Part shown: piece after piece, positions 38,453 through 47,460 of the stretch | Layout: each line of letters starts with the position of its first letter | How positions within the stretch are numbered: position 1 is the first letter of the stretch | Virus record (IMG/VR): IMGVR_UViG_3300020123_000589 | Coordinates: 32,001 to 96,000 of that record | Source of the DNA: a virus | Direction: 5' to 3' (one strand) | Length of the DNA: 64,000 nucleotides | Made by a program: the position numbers and the translations under genes | Notes under the pieces: model-generated | Database searches by the model: none | What the model saw: the letters and a program-made list of their open reading frames with translations, nothing else | What the model was told of the DNA's origin: nothing

Positions 38453-39232
38453 ATGAAGCGAAAATGCTTAGGTTGTTCAATTGAGTTTGAAGTTACCTCC
38501 AAACAATTAGATAAAAGATTTTGTACTCAAAGATGTTGGGGTAAGTATCAAACTGAACATAAATTAAATATGAAGGCTGAATTACGAAATCGCCCAACGG
38601 TAGATGAAGTAAAGAAAGCTTTTTCAGAGCAAAGAATAAAATTGGTACAATCTTTAACTTTCGTTGATTTTGCTTTATCTGGTGTTTATATTATCATTAA
38701 TATTGTTAACAATATGATTTACATAGGTTCTTCCAAAGATATTGAAGCTCGATGGAGAGAACATGTGCATAAATTTTATGGAAATAGACACGAAAATGAT
38801 AAATTGCAGAAAGCTTGGAACAAATATGGGGAAAAGGCTTTCCAATTTAAAATTTTAGAAGTTGTTCAAGAGAAAAACCTTGTAGTCCGAGAACAATATT
38901 ATTTAGATTTGTATAAACCTTACGAAAGACATATCGGCTACAATTTATATAAAACAGCTTTTAGTCCTTTAGGAAATGTTTGGACGGAAGAACAGAAAGC
39001 AAATTTAAGAGTCGTTCGACATAATCAAAAACCTAGAAAATTATATTGTAAATGGTGCAAAACGGTTTTTATTGTAAAAGGCCAAAACGCTAAATTTTGT
39101 TCACATAAATGTCGAGACAAAGCCAGATGGCAGAAAGATAAAGCTAAAAACCATTCAGGAAAACGTAAGACATTAAAAGAACTATTTGATTCTTTAACTG
39201 ATGGTGAATTAGCAACAATTTTGGAAGACTAA
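38453..39232 (+). CDS. free-standing GIY-YIG homing endonuclease with flanking zinc modules
   Basis: SGVYII.N..N..IYIGSS..I..RW..H, LQKAWNKYG, REQ..LD, GYN; CxxC..FCxxxC at both ends. Confidence 0.9.
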   Translation: MKRKCLGCSIEFEVTSKQLDKRFCTQRCWGKYQTEHKLNMKAELRNRPTVDEVKKAFSEQRIKLVQSLTFVDFALSGVYIIINIVNNMIYIGSSKDIEARWREHVHKFYGNRHENDKLQKAWNKYGEKAFQFKILEVVQEKNLVVREQYYLDLYKPYERHIGYNLYKTAFSPLGNVWTEEQKANLRVVRHNQKPRKLYCKWCKTVFIVKGQNAKFCSHKCRDKARWQKDKAKNHSGKRKTLKELFDSLTDGELATILED

Positions 39233-39243
39233 GTTTCTTTTGT

Positions 39244-39315
39244 GGGCTTGTAACTCAGCGGGAGAGTGCTTGCTTTGCAAGCAAGAGGTCGCAGGTTCAA
39301 ATCCTGTCAGGTCCA
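39244..39315 (+). tRNA. tRNA-Ala(UGC)
   Basis: canonical cloverleaf; G3.U70; CTTGC-TTTGCAA-GCAAG anticodon arm; GGTTCAAATCC; CCA not encoded. Confidence 0.93.
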
Positions 39316-39327
39316 CTGAAGAAATTT

Positions 39328-39627
39328 ATGGATAACTTAAATCTGTCTATAACTATTGGTTCCTTTGTTCGACTTAAAGGCGAAAATATTCGTTACTTGG
39401 TTTTGAAAGTTAATGAACATCATGGTGTAAATCTTCTTCGTACTTATAATAGAAATCCAAAGAAATGGTATGTAAGGTTTGCACAACTAGAAGAAGTTAT
39501 TCCAGTAGAAGTTCCAAAAGTACGAATTGGTATTTTTAAAGAAGCTTTTCAGAACTTTTTTGAAAAACACGGTAATTTTTGGTTTGATAATTTAACTTAT
39601 ATTGAGATATTAGGTAAGCTGATTTAA
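39328..39627 (+). CDS. hypothetical protein
   Basis: 99-aa ORF inside the RNA cluster. Confidence 0.55.
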   Translation: MDNLNLSITIGSFVRLKGENIRYLVLKVNEHHGVNLLRTYNRNPKKWYVRFAQLEEVIPVEVPKVRIGIFKEAFQNFFEKHGNFWFDNLTYIEILGKLI

Positions 39628-39910
39628 TTTACTCCCCCATAGGTTTCGACCGTGGGCGCAGGGTTTCTGAATTGGGCTCGTTCCCAATAGTAGGAGCAAC
39701 TCTTGCATTGGGGCTCTGAAATATTTCATCCCCTAACAATTTTAATAATACATCGAGGGACAACAAGATTGCATTGAGGCCAGATTATTTGATACATGGA
39801 AAATGGGTCATGCCATTGGAAGTGACGGTTCAACCTCTCTTAGCCTTTACGGGCTGACCTCTGATCCTCTTGGAATGGGCGTAAACCCGAAACCCCAAGA
39901 AGGATGATTT

Positions 39911-39986
39911 CGCACCGAGAGGTTTTGGTAAACCTAGTTGTCTCATAAGCAACTGATTTGTGGTTCGATTCCACACGGCGCAACCA
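39911..39986 (+). tRNA. tRNA with CAU anticodon (Met/fMet-like, atypical)
   Basis: GTTGT-CTCATAA-GCAAC arm; TGTGG-TTCGATT-CCACA; encoded CCA; C1:A72 mismatch. Confidence 0.8.
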
Positions 39987-40453
39987 TATAAAGTGAGAAC
40001 GATAAGCGTTCTAGTAGGGAAAGCGGCCTATGCATGGGCAACTTAAATATGCTACCCTCTTCATCTAGACTGCTCACTTTTATTAATATGCAACCCGTAG
40101 CTTTTTAGCTACGCCGCAAGGATAGAGCTTAAGCTCAGTCATATCCTGCATTTTAGCCAGTTAGTCCTGCAATGTGGGGCCGATGTTCGAAGGAAGATTA
40201 GCTTGAGCATATCTAAAGGTCAAAAGCTTTTAGAAATATGTCCTGTTGTAGGCATGGCACAATTTTGAGATGATCCCGAAAGTAATTAGGGATATGGTTT
40301 ATAACGACCCAAACGTGCGTTTAGTTGGGTGAGAAGGTGGCATCTGGAACAATTGACCAGACTAAACTTCTGTAGCGTGGTTAAGGCCGACTTAACCCCA
40401 TTTGGAGCATAGCACTGCTTAAAGGAAATATTCCGCCAACTCTCAATTCAATT

Positions 40454-40530
40454 TTGCCTAAAGCTTTGCACCTGATGAAGCCCCTCATTTTAAGAGGGAA
40501 GAATCGAGAAGGGATACCTCGATAGGCAAT
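40454..40530 (+). ncRNA. tRNA-Lys(UUU)-like cloverleaf with a non-canonical T-loop
   Basis: TTGCCTA/TAGGCAA acceptor, GCTT/AAGC D stem, CCCTC-ATTTTAA-GAGGG arm, TCGAG-AAGGGATAC-CTCGA arm. Confidence 0.6.
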
Positions 40531-40577
40531 TAATTTTACCTTCCTGTCAAAATTCTTTAAATAATCAAAAAAAAGCC

Positions 40578-40606
40578 TATAATAAAATGTGGTATAAGTA
40601 GGGAGT
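40578..40606 (+). promoter_or_regulatory. conserved intergenic motif copy 4
   Basis: TATAATAAAATGTGGTATAAGTAGGGAGT. Confidence 0.65.
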
Positions 40607-40712
40607 ATTAGGTTTCTCCCGACGATAAAAGCAGTAAATTTGTCTAAAGGAAAGCTCCTAGAATTGGTTAGGGCCGAAAAGCCAAAATTAAACTAAGGAG
40701 ATTCAAATAATA

Positions 40713-41294
40713 ATGGTATTAATTACACGAAGTATTACAAATACAAGTTCCTCAAAAAGCTTGCCTCTATTCGTTCCAGGATATGATCCAGAAAATCCTG
40801 TGACAATTGCTCCAAGTGCTACGCTTGATTTACTATCTGTTATGTCAGGCGAAACACTTCATGCGATGCAGGGAGAGCTTGCTAAGCTTATTTCGGATGG
40901 TGCTGCAACACTTGCCGCTTCTATGGATTCTTCTAATCTATGGCCAGCCGCAATGTTGAGTTATATTGCTTCTAATGACACGCAGATTGTCTTCAATCCA
41001 ACGTCTGGTAGTGCAACACATACTGCTGGATTTACAGTGGCTATTCAAGTTGAAAATGCTGCTGGTGGAATTGACATATTTGATAGCTCTACGACAGTGG
41101 TTGTTACAGCAACACCTACTGGGGCTTCTGTGCCATTGCTAAATGGCCATGCTTCTCCAATTACGGTCACTATGACAAATGGAGTTGCACATGTTTTGGT
41201 TACAGCAAATATCGCTGATACTGAAACGTTGTCATTATCCGCACCCAGTCGTTCTTTGACTGTTTCTTCAACCGCAGTAATTACACTAAGCTAA
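40713..41294 (+). CDS. virion protein with a shared N-terminal domain and Ig-like C-terminus
   Basis: N-terminus similar to 2516 and 52317 (APSATLDLLSV shared with 2516); Thr/Val-rich beta C-terminus. Confidence 0.6.
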   Translation: MVLITRSITNTSSSKSLPLFVPGYDPENPVTIAPSATLDLLSVMSGETLHAMQGELAKLISDGAATLAASMDSSNLWPAAMLSYIASNDTQIVFNPTSGSATHTAGFTVAIQVENAAGGIDIFDSSTTVVVTATPTGASVPLLNGHASPITVTMTNGVAHVLVTANIADTETLSLSAPSRSLTVSSTAVITLS

Positions 41295-41311
41295 AAAATC
41301 TGTAAAAATAC

Positions 41312-41346
41312 TAGGGGAGATTCGCAAGAGTCTCCCTATGTATTTT
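41312..41346 (+). terminator. rho-independent terminator
   Basis: GGGAGATTC-GCAA-GAGTCTCCC followed by TATGTATTTT. Confidence 0.65.
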
Positions 41347-41374
41347 CACAAAAAGATAAGAAGAAGGACAGATA

Positions 41375-41647
41375 ATGATACAGAAAATAGCAGCATTTTT
41401 AACTAATTTATTAGATATTATTGACTTTCCTGGGTACACATTTTTAAACTTGTGGAGTTTGAGTTTATTAGTTGTATGTATTTGGGTTTGTATTATGACT
41501 AAATCAATACCAAATGCTGTAGCAGCCATATTTTCTAGTATTGTAATAGCATATTCTGCCAATAGTTTAGGTAACAAATATATATCTAAAAATAGTGATG
41601 ATTTGACTAAGGAGAAGAAAAGCAATGATATTATTGATCCTAAGTAA
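41375..41647 (+). CDS. holin-like membrane protein
   Basis: two hydrophobic helices and a charged C-terminus. Confidence 0.5.
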   Translation: MIQKIAAFLTNLLDIIDFPGYTFLNLWSLSLLVVCIWVCIMTKSIPNAVAAIFSSIVIAYSANSLGNKYISKNSDDLTKEKKSNDIIDPK

Positions 41648-42218
41648 GATTTACAATTTTATTAAATTACATTGGAAAACCATTCTTATGGTTTTAGGCG
41701 TATTTTTTCTCTTGAACTCGGCTAGGGGTTGTTATCATAAGATTGTGCCCTCTAAACCCATTTCTGACCATTCTAACCCCACTGTACCAGTGCTTCCAAA
41801 GGATGATAAAGAGATCATTACAACTAATCCTACTAATGGTACTACGACAGTTACTAATTCAGAAGGTAGTACGACCGTAACGGGTACAAGAGGTACCACC
41901 ATTGAAATTAAGAAAGATGGGACGGTAAAAGTAACTGAGAAAACCATAGGATTTTGTCACAATATAGTTTTAGGAGCTGCTGTAAATAATACAGGTCCAA
42001 AGGGAACTGTAGGTTTAGAATGGTTCTTCTACAAGCGGTTAGATGTTCTTTCAGGTCTTGGGGCAGATAAGTATCTTTCTCATACCTCTCTTTTTACATC
42101 CGTTGGTTATACTCCAGTTAATAAAATTTTCCATGGAAATACGAGTTTTTGGGTTGGAGGATCAATTGACACGACTGGTACGAAAAGCGCAATTACTGGT
42201 TTTAGTGTTAGAATTTAA
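41625..42218 (+). CDS. membrane-anchored protein (possible spanin-like)
   Basis: N-terminal TM segment; C-terminal alternating beta strands. Confidence 0.45.
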   Translation: MILLILSKIYNFIKLHWKTILMVLGVFFLLNSARGCYHKIVPSKPISDHSNPTVPVLPKDDKEIITTNPTNGTTTVTNSEGSTTVTGTRGTTIEIKKDGTVKVTEKTIGFCHNIVLGAAVNNTGPKGTVGLEWFFYKRLDVLSGLGADKYLSHTSLFTSVGYTPVNKIFHGNTSFWVGGSIDTTGTKSAITGFSVRI

Positions 42219-42242
42219 TTGTTTGTAAGATTGGAGCTAATT

Positions 42243-42365
42243 ATGGAATGTCCGGCATGTGGTTCTAAGTTGGTTTCTTTGTTAAGTTGTGGTTGTGAAG
42301 ATGTAAATTGTAAAGATCTCCTGGAATGTAATGAATGTCAACAAGTATTTAATATGGGAAATTAG
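42243..42365 (+). CDS. 40-aa zinc-ribbon protein (not in ORF track)
   Basis: SD GGAG; MECPACGS...ECNECQQVF. Confidence 0.55.
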   Translation: MECPACGSKLVSLLSCGCEDVNCKDLLECNECQQVFNMGN

Positions 42366-42830
42366 ATGGATTTGAATTCAATTTTACAGTTTATTTTGTC
42401 GCTGATAAGTAAAGCTAAAGTTGACAATCCTGCTCCAAATCAAACTACAAACGCAAATACGATTTTAATTCAGCGTGATCCACTTGAACCAACAGTAGGA
42501 ATTTTTGGAAATGGAAGTTTAACGTGGGATTCATTCACGTTTACATCATTAGAAAACGAAAAACTTTACATCCCAGCAGGGACTTACAAGCTAGAATGGC
42601 ATGAGTCTCCTCATCTGGGAAATGCTACGGTTCCTATGTTAATAGGAGTTCTTGGACGTTCAGAAATACTTCTACATTGGGGCAACGTTGAAAGCTGTTC
42701 AGATGGTTGTATACTTTGTGGTTCTATTAGAGATGGAAATGCAATAGATACAACACAGACGACATGTAAAGAACTTTTTGCGAAGATTAATATGATAGGC
42801 ATTGAGAACTGTCAAATAACGATACGATAA
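42366..42830 (+). CDS. DUF5675-like protein (putative cell-wall hydrolase)
   Basis: LEN...IPAGTY...V.GRSEILLHWGN...SDGCIL.G pattern. Confidence 0.65.
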   Translation: MDLNSILQFILSLISKAKVDNPAPNQTTNANTILIQRDPLEPTVGIFGNGSLTWDSFTFTSLENEKLYIPAGTYKLEWHESPHLGNATVPMLIGVLGRSEILLHWGNVESCSDGCILCGSIRDGNAIDTTQTTCKELFAKINMIGIENCQITIR

Positions 42831-42843
42831 AAGAGGTCACAAA

Positions 42844-43419
42844 ATGGCCGAAGAGAAGACGCGATACAGAGTTAAAATTAAAAATTCCAAAGACAATTTA
42901 GTGTATGTCCCTTTCCCAGATCTTGTTGTAAAGTACACTAACGGTTGGGCAGAGCCGCTTAAAATTTTAGAAGGACAAGAAATCCCCTTAGCTGCATGTG
43001 ACCCAGAAGATGTTCGTAAAAGTTGGTTGGTTGGGTCACTTAAACGATATACAGATAGTGGATGGATCGAAGAATTTATTGTTAAACCAGAGCCAAAACC
43101 ACTTACAGAAAAAGAACTCAAATTTTTAGAAGCACTTAAACCTATTCAAGGTACTGGAGATATTCCTCTAATACCCATCCCCCCAAAACAAGTTTCTGAT
43201 GTATCAGAAGTTAAAGAAGTAAAACCAAATTTGCCAGAAGCACAAAATACTTTGTCCAATTTCAGTCTCGTTAATTCGTATGAAGATTTTAGCAAACTAA
43301 GTTACTTCCTTAAGCTCAGATTCATCAAGGAATCCAACAATAAAGAATTACTTAAAACCATTTTAGAAAAAACCGATAGTCACCAATTTAAAAATAACAT
43401 ACAAGTAAGACTTTCATAG
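42844..43419 (+). CDS. hypothetical protein
   Basis: SD GAGG; 191 aa. Confidence 0.65.
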   Translation: MAEEKTRYRVKIKNSKDNLVYVPFPDLVVKYTNGWAEPLKILEGQEIPLAACDPEDVRKSWLVGSLKRYTDSGWIEEFIVKPEPKPLTEKELKFLEALKPIQGTGDIPLIPIPPKQVSDVSEVKEVKPNLPEAQNTLSNFSLVNSYEDFSKLSYFLKLRFIKESNNKELLKTILEKTDSHQFKNNIQVRLS

Positions 43420-43434
43420 TAAGAGGAATCCATT

Positions 43435-44148
43435 ATGGGTGCAGTAATACCACCAGAATTTGGAGTTCCCCTTACAGCCGACGAATTGATGTCTACAATT
43501 CCAACGTCGATTCTGTATGGGGTTACGCCATCAAACGAATTTATCCCCATCAAAATTGCAAATGATGGAACGGTAGCTACTAATGCCACTTTTACAGGCT
43601 CCATTACTATTGGCGAAATTGGTGTTGATGATAAAACTCCATTTGTCTATGGAACTTCATTAGAACAGCCAATTGGCGGTGTTTATCAAGATACAAGTCC
43701 AACCCTTTCTTCTGGACAAACGGGAGCTGCAAGATTAACTGCTTATAGAGCATTTCATACAAATTTAAGAGACTCAAGTGGTAATGAAATATTTCCAGCT
43801 ACGGAAGTAACAGCAACATCTATTTTAGCAGATTTAGACAAATTTACTTTTTTAAGTACCCGACTGTTAGTGGATGGTAGCCAAGTTACTCAGCCAATTT
43901 CTGCAATTTCTCTTCCACTTCCAACAAATGCATCAAAAGAAACTGGTGGAAATTTAGATTCCATAAATGCTGGAATCGAGACATTAAATTCATTGGTTCC
44001 ATCTGTTTATGATTATATTGCTTTAAGTTATACAGGCAGCAATTTAACTCAAGCAGTTTATAAATTGGGTGGTGCAGGAGGTACAACAGTATCTACACTT
44101 ACAATTGCGTATAGTGGCAGTAATATTTCTTCAGTGACAAGGACTTAA
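43435..44148 (+). CDS. virion structural/fibre-associated protein
   Basis: shares the GGVYQD.SP.L..G.TGA.RLT..R..HTNLRDSSGNE module with 44410..47448. Confidence 0.6.
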   Translation: MGAVIPPEFGVPLTADELMSTIPTSILYGVTPSNEFIPIKIANDGTVATNATFTGSITIGEIGVDDKTPFVYGTSLEQPIGGVYQDTSPTLSSGQTGAARLTAYRAFHTNLRDSSGNEIFPATEVTATSILADLDKFTFLSTRLLVDGSQVTQPISAISLPLPTNASKETGGNLDSINAGIETLNSLVPSVYDYIALSYTGSNLTQAVYKLGGAGGTTVSTLTIAYSGSNISSVTRT

Positions 44149-44149
44149 T

Positions 44150-44410
44150 ATGTCCCTTCAAATTGTTTTCAACCCATTTACAGGTAAATTTGATTTTGTA
44201 AATTCGACTAATACAACTATTCCTGAAGTTACTATGGACCCCTCTTCTCCAACGGCTGGAGAAACGTGGGTTTTAATGAGTAGTGTTGGTTTGGCTGGTG
44301 AAGCTATGGGAGTATTGGGATTAACTTATTCGGGTGATGCAGCACATAGTACCTATCAATTAAGTTACTACACGACAGAAGGGACGACGGTTAGAACGGA
44401 GCTTTCATAA
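44150..44410 (+). CDS. small virion protein
   Basis: FNPFTGKFDF and DPSSPTAGETW fibre-type motifs. Confidence 0.55.
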   Translation: MSLQIVFNPFTGKFDFVNSTNTTIPEVTMDPSSPTAGETWVLMSSVGLAGEAMGVLGLTYSGDAAHSTYQLSYYTTEGTTVRTELS

Positions 44411-47400
44411 TGACTAATTTTCAGATAACTCAAGGAACGGGAACGATCATTGCTACTGATACAGGTGGTGGTGGTGAAAATTATCAAAAAATTAAATTAA
44501 TTGATGCTACTTTAAGTTCTACTTCTCCTACTGGAGTAGCAGCTAATCCTTTACAGGTTTCATTAGCAAATACTGGAGCCAATGCCACTGCTATTACGGT
44601 GGATGGATCTGGAGTAACACAACCAATAAGTGGTACTGTGACGGCCAATCAAGGTGGTATTTGGAATGTTACAAATATTACTGGGACAATTTCTCTCCCA
44701 ACTGGTGCTGCTACTGAAACTACACTAACTGCAATTAAAACAGACACAGATAAATTGACTTTTGTAGCAAGTAGATTACTTGTGGATGGAAGTGGAGTTA
44801 CGCAACCAGTAAGTGGTACCATAACGGCGAATGCAGGAACTGGAAATTTTACTGTTGTTCAAAGTGTCGGTGCTAATTTACATGTTGATGTAGATAATTT
44901 TCCAGCTAAACAAACTGTTGCTATTTCTCAATCCGGCACAGATAATAATGTTTCAATAACCAATTTCCCAGCTACCCAGCCAGTTTCTGGTACTGTAACA
45001 GCACAAATTGAAGATTCTTCTGGTGGAAGTTTAACTTCAACAGGTGGGTCCCTCAATGTTAATATTACAGGTGGTGCCTCAAGTGGAGCCGTGCCTGATG
45101 GAACCTCCTTTGTCTATGGAATCACAAATGAAACTCCCGTTGGTGGAGTATATCAGGACGCATCTCCAGCTTTAACAGGCGGTAAAACAGGTGCTTTAAG
45201 ATTAACACAATTTAGAGGTTTGCACACAAATTTAAGAGATTCTAGTGGAAATGAATTATTAGGACAACAAGTTTCTGCTGATTCCATACCTGTTGTTATT
45301 GCTTCAAATCAGTCAGCCGTACCAGTATCAGGGACCGTAGCAGCAACTCAAAGTGGAAGTTGGACGGTTTCTTTAACAAGTGAAAGTATTGAAATTGGTA
45401 CTGTAGATCAGGGTACGCCTAATACAATTGCAAACGCTTGGCCAGTTCTTCCTACGGATGGAACAAACTCTCAATCATTTACTGCTTCTGGAGAAGCAAA
45501 AGTAACTGTTAATACTGCATTACCTGCCGGAACAAATGTAATTGGTCACGTAATAACAGATTCTGGTTCAACAACAGCCGTTACGGGTACCGTTGCAGCT
45601 ACTCAATCCGGCACATGGAATATAAATAATGTTTCTGGTACCGTATCGTTACCTACGGGAGCTTCTACATCTGCTAATCAGACCAATGGAAATCAAAAAA
45701 CTCAAATTGTAGATGGTAGCGGCAATGTTATTTCTAGTACTTCCAATTCTTTAAATGTTAATGTTACAAATACAGAACCCATTTCTGGTACTGTCACTTC
45801 AAATCAGGGAACTCCAAACACATTAGCAAATGCATGGCCAGTGGAATTATCTGATGGTACAAATTTATTAGGGACTTCGGCACATCCAGTAAGAATTGAT
45901 CCAACTGGTACTACTACACAACCAGTTAGTTTGGCCAGCACTACTATTACAGGGACTGTGGCAGTTACTCAGTCTACCTCACCATGGGTAGTTTCTGGAA
46001 CAGTAACAGCTAATATTGGTACAACTAATGGTTTAGCATTAGATACTTCGGTCAATGGCATTTTAGTTTCTCAAGGATCTACAACTTCTGGAGAGAAAGG
46101 TCCATTAATTCAAGGTGCAGTAACAACATCTTCACCATCTTATACAACAGCGCAAACTAGTCCACTCTCATTAACTACTTCTGGTGCATTGAGAACTGAT
46201 AGTAGTGCAACAACTCAGCCAATTTCTGCAATTTCTCTTCCACTTCCAACTGGTGCATCTACTTCAGCTAATCAAACAAATGGTTCTCAACAAACCCAGA
46301 TTGTTCAGGGCGGTAATACAGCAATTGTTGATGCAGCTGGTGATCTTCAGGTCGATATCAATAATTTCCCAGCTACTCAAACTGTAGCTGGAACGGTCAC
46401 ATCAAATCAAGGAGCTGCTGCGGCATTAGCTGGAGCGTGGCCAGTTGAAATAACAGATGGGACTAATATACTTGGTACTTCTAGTCATCCCGTAAGAATA
46501 GATCCTACAGGAACTACAACTCAACCCGTCAGTGGTACAGTAACAGCTAACGCTGGTACGGGAACTTTTAATATTCAAGCTAATGCCTCTGTAAATGTAA
46601 CTCAGATAAATGGTAATTCTGTAGTAACAGGTGGAGCTAACGGGTTGTTGGCTGTTTCTGGACCTGTAGCATCTGGATCAACTAATGCAGATAACCCATT
46701 AAAAACTGGTTCTGTATTTAATACTACGCAACCCACTGTAACCAATGGACAAATTGTTGATAATCAAGCTACAGCTCGTGGAGCACAAATTGTAGCCACA
46801 GGCGTAGACACATTTAATGTAACTGTTAATACTGCATTACCTGCCGGAACAAATGTAATTGGTCACGTAATAACAGATTCTGGTTCAACAACAGCCGTTA
46901 CGGGAAATGTTACTGTTGTTCAATCTACAGCAGCTAATTTAAATGCAACTGTTGTAGGACCTACGTTAACTAAAGGTACACAAGGTGCTACTGGATTCTC
47001 GGTACAAAATTTAAAAGACGCTGGACGTACTTATGTAACCTTTACCTCAGATGCTGTTGCTGGAGTAACATCTGAAACATTGTTAACCATGACACAAAAT
47101 CGTCAGGGTTCTACATCAAGCGCAAGTACTTATACTCCTACAAGTGGAAAAACCTTACGAATACAATCCATTACAGTGGGTGTTCAATCGGGGGCTGGTG
47201 CTGGAGAGTGGGTGCGTGTAAAATTCCGTCATAATACTGCTGGAGCTACAACTACATCGTCAGCGTTAGTTTATACAGTAGCTTGTGGTACTCCACAAAA
47301 TCAGGCAGCTACGGGGGGACAGGTTACTGCACCTATTCCTGACGGGTTAGAAATTTTTGGTGACGGTACTCAAACAATCGGATTTTCACACATTAGTTCT

Positions 47401-47448
47401 GCTACAACCAACGTAGAATCTATAACAATATGTGGGTATGAGTATTAA
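44410..47448 (+). CDS. long Thr/Gly/Ser-rich repeat fibre protein
   Basis: recurring TQPVSGTVTA, SLPTGASTSANQT, NAWPV and ALPAGTNVIGHV repeats. Confidence 0.72.
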   Translation: MTNFQITQGTGTIIATDTGGGGENYQKIKLIDATLSSTSPTGVAANPLQVSLANTGANATAITVDGSGVTQPISGTVTANQGGIWNVTNITGTISLPTGAATETTLTAIKTDTDKLTFVASRLLVDGSGVTQPVSGTITANAGTGNFTVVQSVGANLHVDVDNFPAKQTVAISQSGTDNNVSITNFPATQPVSGTVTAQIEDSSGGSLTSTGGSLNVNITGGASSGAVPDGTSFVYGITNETPVGGVYQDASPALTGGKTGALRLTQFRGLHTNLRDSSGNELLGQQVSADSIPVVIASNQSAVPVSGTVAATQSGSWTVSLTSESIEIGTVDQGTPNTIANAWPVLPTDGTNSQSFTASGEAKVTVNTALPAGTNVIGHVITDSGSTTAVTGTVAATQSGTWNINNVSGTVSLPTGASTSANQTNGNQKTQIVDGSGNVISSTSNSLNVNVTNTEPISGTVTSNQGTPNTLANAWPVELSDGTNLLGTSAHPVRIDPTGTTTQPVSLASTTITGTVAVTQSTSPWVVSGTVTANIGTTNGLALDTSVNGILVSQGSTTSGEKGPLIQGAVTTSSPSYTTAQTSPLSLTTSGALRTDSSATTQPISAISLPLPTGASTSANQTNGSQQTQIVQGGNTAIVDAAGDLQVDINNFPATQTVAGTVTSNQGAAAALAGAWPVEITDGTNILGTSSHPVRIDPTGTTTQPVSGTVTANAGTGTFNIQANASVNVTQINGNSVVTGGANGLLAVSGPVASGSTNADNPLKTGSVFNTTQPTVTNGQIVDNQATARGAQIVATGVDTFNVTVNTALPAGTNVIGHVITDSGSTTAVTGNVTVVQSTAANLNATVVGPTLTKGTQGATGFSVQNLKDAGRTYVTFTSDAVAGVTSETLLTMTQNRQGSTSSASTYTPTSGKTLRIQSITVGVQSGAGAGEWVRVKFRHNTAGATTTSSALVYTVACGTPQNQAATGGQVTAPIPDGLEIFGDGTQTIGFSHISSATTNVESITICGYEY
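45502..45587 (+). repeat. 86-bp exact direct repeat, copy 1
   Basis: identical to 46819..46904. Confidence 0.9.
46819..46904 (+). repeat. 86-bp exact direct repeat, copy 2
   Basis: identical to 45502..45587. Confidence 0.9.
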
Positions 47449-47460
47449 TAAAGGATTATT

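Noticed and set aside
39631-39720. tmRNA 5' end suggested by GGTTTCGAC
   Set aside because: No GGGG acceptor start and no matching T-arm/CCA 3' end at a suitable distance; the motif fits a UUCG hairpin
40175-40205. SRP RNA helix 8 resemblance (TTCGAAGGAAG)
   Set aside because: Lacks the conserved CAGG...AGCA internal loop
40472-40510. Hammerhead ribozyme core (CTGATGA)
   Set aside because: No GAAA after a stem II and no stems I/III; the cloverleaf explains the sequence better
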